From Utricularia gibba (Eukaryota > Plantae > Magnoliophyta): a stretch of DNA of 64,000 nucleotides. Below, one piece after another: positions 17,913 through 29,389 of this stretch. Position numbers and translations under genes: made by a program. The notes beneath the pieces were generated by a model. The model saw only the letters and a program-made list of their open reading frames with translations. It had not been told where the DNA came from and searched no databases. The DNA lies in assembly GCA_002189035.1 (NCBI GenBank), contig CM007990.1, positions 1,550,001 through 1,614,000 of the forward strand, written 5' to 3'. How positions within the stretch are numbered: the first letter of the stretch is position 1; each line of letters opens with the position of its first letter.

Positions 17913-19539
17913 CCAGTGGAAGGTTTAGGGTTTAGGCATGTAGAACATTGTATTAAATGATTTTTCGATCCTTTAAGATTTAAGAGTATCGTCAATCCAC
18001 ACACATGCGAGAGGCTTTTGTTGGTGATTTTACACCCCCAACCTTTTCGGGTTTTGAAGGGACTTTTTGAAGCCTAATCCAATCTAATAAATTGGAAACT
18101 TGTGCATGCGCAAGACCCAGTTCACTCTGAAACCCATCAAAACTAATGGGTTTGTGTCCCATATTAATTAGTTGAAAACCATTTTAAATTGGCAATTGCA
18201 CTTGACTCGTAGATATATATATTTAAAGAAACATCATGAACAATAGAGGTGGCTTGTGGCAAATAGATAGAGACAAGGTGATTCTAGATAGTAGGGTTTG
18301 TTGGACCAAATCTAGATCAAAGAAGACTGTTGGGGTTGATGTGGCATCGATGAACAGAGCGTGGGTAATTAGAGGCATGGATAGTATCGAGGTAGGAGTT
18401 TTAGAAGAGACAGCAGCTAGATCCATCGAGAGAACTCCTTTAGATTGTTGGAAAATGAATGCAAAAAATGAGAAAAGATCAAAATCTTTGGAATGTAGAA
18501 TATTGTCCTAAAAGATTTCTCGATCCCCAAGTTACAAGATGTTATTTGAGAACCACTCTTTCTGACTCAAAAATTAGTGCATTATATCTGCACACACACA
18601 CGCTAGAGGCTTTTGGGGTCGGTTTTGCACTCCCTCTAACACTGAATGTTACCGGCAATGTTACCCCTTCTCCAATACTATTATTCTAACAGTGGATGTT
18701 GCCGGCAATCCTACTTATTTTAGATTGAATCAATTTTGAGTGTGAACTTGCTTGCGATGTAGATTAGCCTTATGTCGAGTGAGAAATTTGTGAAGCTGCG
18801 ATAATCATGATTTTAGAACTTGGGTTTAGTGAATTTTACAAGCTTTCACTTGATTTCTTGTACTCAGGGGAACTGTTTTGGTGTTCGTAAGTGCTTGTGT
18901 AGTTTAGTTTAAGCAAAATATAATGAAGTCACAGTGGAAGTACACTTCACATTTATCAAGCACATGAAACAAGAGATAAGCTTATATACCTCTTGTATCC
19001 TAGATTACCTAAGGAGGGGGCTATATAAATTGTTATCATCAAAACCACATGTGATAAGATCTTGAAGCAAAGACTTTGGAACAAGAGATACTAGATCCCA
19101 TCTCTTTGCTCCCTTGTTTCCTCCCTCGGGTTCATTTGGGCCATCAGATATAAAATCGACAACGAATATCAGCTGCAAAGCTTGCTCAAAATGGAGATTG
19201 AAGATTCATCTCTATTGTCAAAGTGGGGAAGAAATGAAGAAGAAAGGTCTGGACTTTGATCTTATGAAGAAGAAGTGCGGAATTGAAAAGCTTTATAATG
19301 AACTGGTCAAGTCGTGATTTTGTTGCCTTCTTTTTCATGATTGTTTCTTGCATGGGTTTAGGCCTCATTAAGGATGTATTATGCAACTAATGAGTACAAG
19401 GTTTCTGGTTTAGAATGAGAACCAATGACACATCTATTTATTCATAAGGAAGAATACATCGATGAGTTCATTCACATTGTGTACTCGTTTCTGCAAGAAT
19501 TCACTCTACTGCTCAACACTATGATGAATCTAAGATAGG

Positions 19540-20187
19540 GGTTTCCATTCTGATCTAGATGGCTGTTGGTAACTCAAAATAGTAGCAGGGGTAGTTATAT
19601 TTGATACTCAACCACTTCAAGATGCACTCCTTGTACAAGAAATGTCCTATGCAAACTCAGCCATGCAGATGGCACAGATATCCATCCCCGAAATTGATGC
19701 CGATTTGCTCAGCAATGCCTTCTCCACTGTAGACTCCACCATTGCCATCATGACCGGTGCTTCTTGCATAGATCTCTCAATGATCTCCTGCTCCACCATG
19801 AAGTCGTCAAACACCATGTGGATTATGTAGTTGATTGTGGCATGGTTAAAATCTGTTGACATTCCACGAATCACCGTCAAAGCCATGGTTTGAATGGAAT
19901 ATAGCATATATTTGTAGACTTTCCCTTCGCACCGAGACCAATACTCTCATCCTATTAGATGGTTGTCGATCTCTTGAGTGATGGATATTGACCATATAGA
20001 TGCCATCGGGATGAAGACCTAGAAGGAAGGACGAATGTAGTAATTGAATATCATCCTCGACCATGACTTGATCCGAAAACAAGAGTCCGATTTCCTAGTC
20101 TTCCCCATCGTCGGTTTCATAGTGGTGGAAGGCCACGCTTTCAATATCTTGATGAAATTGAATAAAGTCAAGCATCTCCGTTGACAT
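19540..20187 (-). pseudogene. RING-H2 E3 ligase pseudogene, intronless
   Basis: ICAICMAEFA is followed by a stop and deletion, then GHFLYKECILKWLSIKYNYPCY in another frame, with several Zn ligands changed to Tyr. Further stops and frameshifts occur upstream. Confidence 0.75.
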
Positions 20188-20781
20188 GACTATTGAAGTA
20201 GGTAGATGGTGGGGTATTTGGTTTATTAAGCAAATCCTGATGGAAACATTTGTTAAATAAGGAAATTAAGATTATATCTAAGTGGATATAAATATTATTA
20301 ATATGTGATAGTATCATATCATAACTGTTAGAGAAGTTAAGAATATTTAAATTTTATTTGAATTTAAGGGTTTTCTCAATAAAAATAGATTTATGTACCA
20401 CATTAACATTGTTATTGCTAAATCTTTATTTACAAAAACCCATAGGTACTTGATTGTGATGATCGAACCCAAGTTATTCAAAAAGTTACACCTTTTTAGC
20501 ATCTTGATATCTAGTGTTGACACACAAGATTTAGCTTATTCTACTTTTTTAAGAGGGAAGGTGTTCTCGAAGTCATTTGTCATCACCTCAACCTTTTCGT
20601 TTGTGTCTGCACGATAACAACCTTCACCTACACATAAGGTAGACTATACCACCAATCACAAACATAACATCATAAGTATAACATCATGACATATCATCAG
20701 AAAAATGTAAATTTGCACATCATAGAGACCCATCGGTCACATAGGGTGTGCCTCCCATGATATCACATCACGTTACCATTA

Positions 20782-23700
20782 GGGCATCTTCAATGATAGG
20801 TAGACAAAACGACGTGACACCATTATTAATTCTCCATCCTCCTTTATTTCTGTACGTCCATTGTTATAAAAATTTTTTTATGCATCAACCCTTTTCAACA
20901 TGGAAGTTGGACATCCATCGGACAAATATAACTTTTTTTCCTATGAATTACTCAATTCTTTCCTATTTTTGTTCCTCTACCTAAAAATTGTTTCCAAGAT
21001 CTACACCCAACATATTTCAAAACCCTAGTCAAGTGCAGACAATCATATTGAATCGATGATGGTCTAGGCTTCTTTTTGATTTCTATTCTTTGGCATTTTA
21101 GTTTGTAATTACATTATGTTTCATGCTTTATTACTTGTATTTACAAATCTATGTTTCTCATTGATGGGATCAAATTTTGTGCATCCTGAAGATCTTTGGC
21201 TGCTATAGACAAATGGCTTTAGTATTTAATTGAATGTTTCACTGAAGGAATTGAGGTAAAATGTATGTAATGATTCACGGTAGTTTTTTAAATTTATTGT
21301 ATAAAGGAGTAATGTTAGTTTTTAAGAAAATAATTCATTTTATTAATAGTTAAAAGAAGATTAAATGATTTATTGGCACATTTATATGTTTGTTTGAATA
21401 TGGAGTAGTTTTAATTTTTAAGTAAATGATTCAGTTTGTGAGTAGTTACATAAACTTGGTTAAATCATTTTTAGAAAAATTTCTTGAATTGTTTGTGTAT
21501 GGAGGAGCTGTTTTGATTTTTTTTTCAACTAAATGATCAATTTATGAGTATTTGTATTAAGTTGATTAAATGATTATTTAGTGGTTTTGTAAATTTGTTT
21601 TTGTATGCATAAGCAGTTTTAGTTTTGTAAATTTGTTTGTGTATGAGGTTAATTAAATCATTTTTTTGTAACTTAGCTTTGAAGGATAGGATTGTTGGCA
21701 TGATATGATTACCATATATTTATTTATGGTTCAATTAATACTATTTTATCACCTGTAGCTCTAAGTGGAGTATTGGTTGTTTTGTATTTACATTATGATA
21801 TTTATGTCATCATTATTGTAGATGATTGATCAAAGCAGATTACAATAAAAAAGATGGACTGAAGATGAAGAACTACTTCTTGTTTTAGCTTGGTTCAATG
21901 ATAGGATTGATCCCATAAGTGGAAATTCATAGACGGTAGACTTTTTTGGGCAAGAGTTGCTACTTATTATTCTGATGTAGGAGTTGGGAGAAATCCTGAT
22001 ACTGATGCTTTGAGGAAAAAATGGAACAACTTGAATCGAGATGTCGAAAAGTTTGTTGGTTGTTATAGTCAAGTCTCGGGTAGGGCAACAAACGAAATGA
22101 ATGAACATGACTATAAATGAGATGCTACAGTCCTCTTCAAGCAACAAATTGGGATGGATTTTGGTCATTTGAGCTGTTGGGAAATTTTGAGAAAGGAACC
22201 AATGTGGAAAATGGTAATTCTTTAAGTTTGTTTATATTAGTTTATTCACTTACACACAATCTGAATTTTTCTGTGACTGTCCGTGAATCTTGGAAGCAAG
22301 AATTTAGGCAAGAAAAGGCGTAATGAGAATGAAGCAGAGATAGAAACGGAAACTCCTAAGACACAACATGATGTGCATCCTATGGGCCGAAAAGCAGCCA
22401 AGCGAATGCATAGTGATGGCTACAGTCATTGAAGCTCCAACCCAACTTAGAACTTAGTAAATACATTTGAACCATTGATAGTTACAATAAACCTCAAACA
22501 TTGAAGTAAATTAGGAAACTCTATTCTCTAAAGTTGGATTATTGCACCATTGAGCAAAGATACTTGTACAACATAGCAATGAATAGACTATAAGTTATGA
22601 TGTAATCTTTATCAAATATAAATTCTATTACTTGTGCAACAACATAAAGTGATCATAGTCAAGTAGCTGCTGAATATGTTGTGAACTTGGGAGATGGTTC
22701 AAGCAATTCAGACCCGATTCACTATTTTTAGTTTTTGTATCGTATTTATGTAAGAAAACAATTATGTTTTATGTAGGAAAGAAATTTCTTTCATAGACAA
22801 TTAATAGATTTTGCATTTATAAAATTGCTATTTTCATTGAAAAATATGTTAGAATTGCATATAATATAAAATAATGGAATATATTAAAATTGTATAATAA
22901 TATAAAGCAAATGAATATTTTAAAGCTGTAAAATATTTTAAAGTTATAGAATATTTTAAAGCATCAGAAGTTATAGAATAATTTGCAAATCTAACCTATA
23001 AAAGACTATATGATCTTCATCATATTTGCATCTCTACACTCATATTTTATCTCTTTTTATAGATTATCTAAACTTTTCACTCTTCATTCGGGGTGCTATG
23101 ATAGACTTGGATGGGATAACTCAAGCAAGATACAATCATATTTTAAATAATTATGCAAATGATCAAGAAGGATCTCAAAAATGTCGAGCACCTCATCATT
23201 ACATTGAGTGTGAACGTGAACTCGTCATGCTAGATTGTATCAAGATTATTTTTCGAATAAATCTACATATAATGAAGACATATTTCATAGATGATTTCGC
23301 AGGCAACGTCCTCTATTCCTACGGATTGTTAATGCTCTCCAACACTCTGATCCTTTTTTTCAAGATAAAATTGATGCTATTGGTCGGGTAAGTCTTTCAA
23401 GCCTCCCAAAATGCATAGTTGCTATTCGTATGTTGGCATATAAGTGTAGTTTTTAGTGTGTGGATGAGTATATAGGTATAGGGGAAACCACAGCACTCAA
23501 GTGCCTACATCATTTTGTTTCAAGCATTCGCTTAAATTTTGAAGAGCAATAAATGAGAGCTTCAACTATAGAGGACATGCAATGTTTACTAACCTTTGGG
23601 GAGATACATGGATTTCCCAGCATGCTCAGTAGTGTATATTATATATATTGGGAATGGAAAAATTGTTCTGTTGTATGGAAAAGATTATATTCACGTGGAG

Positions 23701-24569
23701 ACTATCGAAAACCAACTTTGATATTAGAGGATGTTGGTTTTGCTGACACCTACATTTGACAAGCCTACTTTGGAATGTCAGGCTCAAATAATGATTTGAA
23801 TGTTTTATTTCATTCTCTTTTCTTATAGAATTTTCATCACGGTGTTGCCCCAAGAGTTCAATTTGAAGTGAATGGCCACGCGTATTTTTTAGGATATTAT
23901 TTAGCTTATGACATTTATCCTGATTGGCCTGTATTTGTAAAATCAATCACACCACCCCAAGGTTCCAAGAAGAAGGAGCATGCTTGACGGCAAGAGAGTG
24001 TGTGAAAGGATATGGAACGAGCTTTTGGTATATTATAAAGTGAGTTTGCTAATGTGACCACACCTGTAAGAGTATGGGATCGAGACACACTTGTTGATAT
24101 TATGCATACATGACTACACAATTTGATTATTGAAAATGAAGGTCATACTATTCATGCTGCTAATGCTGAAGCTCAATATGATCAAGTGAGAGTTGAGGAA
24201 CCAATATTCCATTCCAATGTGGAGCTCAACATGAATTCATTTCTCCTTCGAGTACATCAATCTCAAGATTTCATTATGCATCATCGTCTTAAGAGTTATT
24301 TAGTTGAACATATTTGGGCTAGATTTGGGAGTCAATGATGAAAATTGTATTTTGTTTCTAAATTTTTATTAATGTAGTTTTTTTATGACATTTTTCTTTT
24401 ATTAGTAAATTAATTTGTATTATTTACAAATTAAACCTATACTGGTTGTATATTACTGTATAAAGCGTGGACGAACTATTAATAAGTAATAAAAATACTA
24501 TTTGATAAAATAAAATAATGACATGAATTATTTTACTAATAGTCCATCCGCCTATGATAGGAGATGCCC
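20782..24569 (+). mobile_element. PIF/Harbinger (Pong-like) transposon 1, full length, decayed
   Basis: TIRs GGGCATCTTCAATGATAGG and CCTATGATAGGAGATGCCC match at 16/19, with TTA target duplications at 20779-81 and 24570-72. Myb-like ORF1 relic at about 21830-22560 and transposase relic at about 23050-24340 (GFPSML, WEWKNC, GSNND, KDMERAFG) with many stops. Confidence 0.9.
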
Positions 24570-24572
24570 TTA

Positions 24573-27070
24573 GAAGAGGTTTGGACCATGGTGTCCCACG
24601 TCAACCTCACTCCCATTCTTGGTAAGATCTACCCTCAAACTCATGTTGGGTTTCCATTGGAGATACCTCAACCAAGGTTGCACCCTCACCCCTTGTGACT
24701 CGCATCATATCATGGTACTTCGTCTCTTACTTATGCATTCTCACTCATGCTTCCTCTTACCTTCATTTGGCTCCTTACCCTTCTCCCAAAACATGATCCC
24801 CTTTTTATGTATCTCGACATAGTGGCACTCCTCTGAGGTTCCAACCTCCAACCCTTCATCATGCCTTCCCCTCATATATCACTCATGATTTTTGAGCTTG
24901 TGAGCCCTTTTATTTCATTAACTCTTCACCTTACGGGCTAAGTATGTGAACAGTCGGCCCTCTTACTCCTATCAAGCACTTAGGCCATTCTCCACCATTA
25001 CATTGGGTCAATCCTTACCATATCTCATCCCTCACTTGGGCTCACAACCATACTGTGCCCTACATCTAGCACGCGACTCACCATCCTTGGCACACACATG
25101 CTTGCCTAGTCGCATGGAGCTCCCATCTTCTCAAGCGGATCTCTCCCACGAGCATTCTCGAGGTTTGCTCGAGAGCATGGTATGCCTCTGCCAAGAGTTG
25201 CATGCCATGTTTGGTTTTGACTAATTCCTTGCACACGAACAGTCAAGCAAAGGGGTTCCTAGTAGCCTCTTCACATTTATCCCCCTTAGCCTCTTTACAT
25301 ACTGATTAATCATCCAAACTCAACATAATTCATACCCGGTTTATGATATGTATATGGGGTAAGGTGCACTTGGAGGGTGCCCCGAACCACCCTAGGCAGC
25401 CATGTGCCCCATTAGGCCATCATGTGCTCATGTGCCATGTTGTGTGACGAGAATGATCCAAAACCAAGCCATGAGATTCAAGAAAGGTCTAATTGTCCGT
25501 CCTACATTTGCCCATGCACACCCCTGACATGATAGATCCCCAACAGTCCCTCCTATGCGACCCACGTCAGCTCAATCACTCAACGTCTCCATCCCCATAT
25601 GTCTCATCCATCCCTATATGAAACCAAGGATTAGTGCTCTCGTGCGACTCGTTCCTTGATCATCATAACTACTACTCAATCTCATCAAGCAAGATCATTC
25701 GAGTGGTCATTGAGCCAAAGTGCTCCCCCCATCACTCTCTGTGCAAGTGGCAGCTAGGTCTCGTGCCTACGCCAGCTATCATACTATCATGCTCGCATCA
25801 TGCCATTGTCGTTACGAGTGTCAACCACAACCACATAATTCGTTAGCCTCATCCTATCAAGCTAATGCACGGTGTTGGCATCATGGACGTCAACTGCAAC
25901 TCCCCTCATAATGAGCTCTTTTGACCTCATGATGCCCCATACAAGATGCTTGCATTGCCGTCATGGGCATCAATTGCAGCCCTATTCAAATCGAGCTCGT
26001 TTGACCTGTACTACTAAACACTAGGTACTCACATTGCCGCCATGTGCGTCAACTACAGCCTTGCTTGTTATGAGCTTGTTGGCCTCGTACCACATCGCAC
26101 TAGTTGCTTGGCATTGTCGCCACAGGCATCAATCGCAGCCTCTAAATCATCGACACTGCCCTATAGTATGTGAAATGCCTCGCCACCGTCCCAGGTGGGA
26201 ACTCACCTTGCTACCGCTCTACGATGCACGACACGTCTCAACTCATCGCTCACTCTCACCCAAGATCCCTCTTGAAGCTAGTCGCTCACTTGCTTGAGGA
26301 ATATCCCTTTACTGTAATGTGGCTTGGCTTTGTCGGTTGCTCTCGGGCTGGTTAGCAAGTCCCCTGTGTGGCCTTGCTGCGTCCGCAACGCATGCCCCTC
26401 ATTTATACTTGGCATGATGTGTCTCCATGCGCCTTCATCCCATCACGTCATTCAATGTTATGTGGCTGATGCCAACTCTAAATGTGCTTGAATACATTAC
26501 GGACTTCCACATGTTGGTTGGATGGTGCCGCACACTATCGCAGGCCAACCATTCTTGGCATGCCACCAACTCTCACCACGGGCCTACCCTCATGTAAGCT
26601 TATGTTGCCCAGGCAGGTTGTCCAAGATTCGATGTTACACCCAATTGCTTGCATAGATGTGGTTGTTCTGGGTTCTGTTGCCTCCATTGTGCAGTGTCGA
26701 CGAAGACCCCTCACTATTGGGCATGGGATACCACAGGCCTACGCCAATATCTCATTCAAACAAGATCAAGCAATCCTTTTTTGAGTTCCTCCTTTTTGGG
26801 GTGGCTTGGGGTTTCCCTTATACCTTGCCAACAATAAGCTATCCAAAAGCACCACGAACACACACTCATAAGCACAGTTATATATAACTTATGAATAAAA
26901 TACATTTGGCTTGCAATTCACATATCTAAATGAATGGTGCTGCAAAAAAGGGACCTCTGTTTCGATTTAACTTTTGGTGTGAATCTTCTCTACTTCGAGT
27001 CTTCGAAATGACGTGCAGCTCAACTTCTCCCTGCTCGATTCCTCGGGGACTAAATCCACCACTTGGGAGG
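24573..27070. mobile_element. Degenerate LTR-retrotransposon-like block, lineage unresolved
   Basis: Abrupt shift to higher GC with strong C/G strand skew, broken ORFs and an internal tandem array. No diagnostic pol motif recognised. Confidence 0.4.
25804..26190 (+). repeat. Degenerate tandem array of about 80-bp units, about 5 copies
   Basis: Core CATTGCCGTCATGGGCATCAACTGCAGCC recurs near 25804, 25873, 25953, 26032 and 26112. A second motif (GAGCTCGTTTGACC-like) recurs between cores. Confidence 0.7.
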
Positions 27071-27685
27071 TGTATAGTTTTGGGAACATTTTATTTGCCT
27101 TTTCTTATTATTTATTTACAAGAAAAAATAGGAATGAGATATGTTGTACGCACTTTAATTTTAATAAATAACAAAGGAAAAAATAAAAGTGATAAAATAT
27201 TGTTACAAACCAATTTTCCATTTTTGTAGCTAAAAATAGAAAATCCAATAATAGAAGGAAATATAGCTTTAAATAAATCATACTCTATGAGTTTAAAAAA
27301 ACCATATATCTAGCTAAATAGGGTTTATTGTGCCTCCAAACATAGGTAATTATGTGTGTTTAGTAGGAATGTTCTTTAAAATAAATATAATTTGTAAAAA
27401 ATTTGCATAATTTCTCTAATCTTATATTTCAAACGTTGTATTCATGTGAATTTTGTTAATTAATTAAAAATTTTCATATATCCTAAACAAATGTATCAAA
27501 TACAATAGCATTATAAATGTACAATTAGAAAACCTATTTATCAAGTACAATGTATACTTATCAATATAAATAATTTAAATATATTATTAATTAACCATTG
27601 TTTTGGAATTTATTTAAGAGAAAAATACACTTATTATAATTTATAACCTTTTTTCAAAATTTCCACAATTGATTTTCTCTAGTAA

Positions 27686-27918
27686 CATGTAGGTGGGTTA
27701 AATGAACTAAATAGATAAATGAATAAATATATAAATTGATAATCGAAACCAAATCAAATTAAATCGGTTCCATTTCAAATTAGTTGTATTAGTCGATAAA
27801 TAACAAAAGTAACTGATAATTGGTTTACACCAAATTATCTTCTAATTTTGGTTTCGATTTCGATTTCAGTTAGTTCACTCGATTTTTTCAGCTATTGCTC
27901 GATTTTCAGTTGCACATG
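27686..27918. mobile_element. Possible hAT-type MITE relic
   Basis: CATGT...ACATG ends and a perfect 13-bp inverted pair AATCGAAACCAAA (27741-53) / TTTGGTTTCGATT (27847-59). No TSD seen. Confidence 0.3.
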
Positions 27919-28078
27919 GATTTTTAGGTTTTAGGCCAACTGAAACTGAGATTGATGATGCTGTGCGCATTGGATGCAAAAAGGAGAACTATTAAGCACC
28001 TGATGAATCCTTCCCGTTGGGAGTACACTGTACTGTAAAGCTTCATTTCTCACACTGAGCCTGAGGGTAACTCCCATC

Positions 28079-29389
28079 TCACAGCTCAAACTCATCTTCA
28101 TGCTTCAACTGCACAGCTGCAGCTTCTTCCTCTTCGTCATCGATCACAAAGTAAGGATTGTGGGCCTCCGGCTTGAACTTATACCCTGTAAACACATAGA
28201 ACGCCAAGGTGGCGGCTTCCCCGGCCAACACAGCAGTCCACAGGTACCTGTAAGAAGTGATGGTCTCCAGAGCATAGACCACAACTCTTGTGAAGTAGAT
28301 GTAGCATATCACCACGATGTAATAGTGCCTGAACAAAGTCAACTTCATCAGATTCACTGCAGCTTTGCCATCAGTTCTAGCTGCTTCCCTCAGTTTCCTG
28401 ATTGACCAGACAATGGGGAAGAGCACAGCACAGCAACAGATAACATCAACGAGCAGGAAGACTTGCTTCCATGTCACCCAGTTTTGTCCTAGAGGCCCGG
28501 TTTCATCAATCACAACTTGGGCGATGTTTGCAACTACTTGCAGAGGGATCACGATTATCAGCACCTTCTTTTCTCTATCCTGCAAGTATGGTTTCAGAAA
28601 GGACCAGCCCGTGCCAATCAGGACAAGCAAAGTGAAGAGAGATATCCCCTTAAGGAAGCTGAAGATATAGAACAATACATCCCATCCATGGGCTGAACCA
28701 GTGCGCTTGATATAGTACTTATCCTCCGCTTCGCATAAGAGATTCAGAGCTTTGAGAATCGCCACAGCCAACATAAAGAAATGAATCCGGAAAACAGTGG
28801 CTCTCTTCTTGTACAGAACATGAATCCAGATTCCAGAAAGAAGGAAATAAACCAAAGACAGCAAAAAGTAAACCCTAGGCAAAATGGTTTTACCCGCAGG
28901 AAGATAGTCGCGGCGATTTGCTCCCCCACCCTCCAAATTGTACATCGCCGATCGCACCTTCATGGTAACTTTGAGCTGCTGGAGGCAGTTGGCGAACACG
29001 AGGGTGTACTGGTCGGCGATCGATTCAGCATATAAGCGATTGAATTCGGAGATGGCGGGGGATTGAAGCTGATCGAAGGTGACAACTTTCTTCACCGAAT
29101 CCGATCTGAGAACGCAATTGATCTCCCCATCCTCAATCTGCTGCAGGACGTGCATCCAGGCGTCGCGGGTACAGAGAAAAAACCCCACATTTGACAGCGC
29201 CTGCTGGTCAGGGGTTGGGGACAGGGAAAGACGAGTAACGTTGAGCTCCAATTGGCCGCGGGGAGTGAAACCGAACTCGTCGATGGGGATTACGGGGCGG
29301 CCGTCAGATCGGAATTCGACGAAGCGGATCTCGGCGGCGACGAGGGAAACCATAAAGAACAAAAGGAGGAAGCGGCGCAGGAGCGCCAT
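28079..29389 (-). CDS. GPR107/lung seven-transmembrane receptor family protein (CAND6/CAND7-like), intronless, 436 aa
   Basis: First ATG at 29389 (the ORF track starts at an upstream TTG). Signal peptide, IPIDEFGFT, YLPAGKT, GTGWSFLKPYLQDREKKV, TDGKAAVNLMKLTLFRHYY and acidic C-tail. Confidence 0.93.
   Translation of the reverse strand: MALLRRFLLLFFMVSLVAAEIRFVEFRSDGRPVIPIDEFGFTPRGQLELNVTRLSLSPTPDQQALSNVGFFLCTRDAWMHVLQQIEDGEINCVLRSDSVKKVVTFDQLQSPAISEFNRLYAESIADQYTLVFANCLQQLKVTMKVRSAMYNLEGGGANRRDYLPAGKTILPRVYFLLSLVYFLLSGIWIHVLYKKRATVFRIHFFMLAVAILKALNLLCEAEDKYYIKRTGSAHGWDVLFYIFSFLKGISLFTLLVLIGTGWSFLKPYLQDREKKVLIIVIPLQVVANIAQVVIDETGPLGQNWVTWKQVFLLVDVICCCAVLFPIVWSIRKLREAARTDGKAAVNLMKLTLFRHYYIVVICYIYFTRVVVYALETITSYRYLWTAVLAGEAATLAFYVFTGYKFKPEAHNPYFVIDDEEEEAAAVQLKHEDEFEL

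Noticed and set aside
17922-17936. Interstitial telomeric repeat
   Set aside because: Fewer than three TTTAGGG units; equivalent to a common telo-box.
18223-19386. Short ORFs between the U11-like locus and the RING relic
   Set aside because: No domain similarity or splice structure recognised; probably repeat debris.
21830-22560. Extra theta-GST (GSTT3-like) genes near the GST pair, also at about 44650-45550
   Set aside because: These are Harbinger Myb-like ORF1 relics, often mislabelled GST T3-like; no GST fold motifs are present.
24592-24602. Third USE-like motif (GTCCCACGTC)
   Set aside because: Imperfect match, no TATA at either spacing and no snRNA body downstream.
25804-26190. CRISPR-like repeat-spacer array
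   Set aside because: The spacers resemble each other, the repeats are degenerate, there are no cas genes and the context is eukaryotic; it is a tandem repeat.
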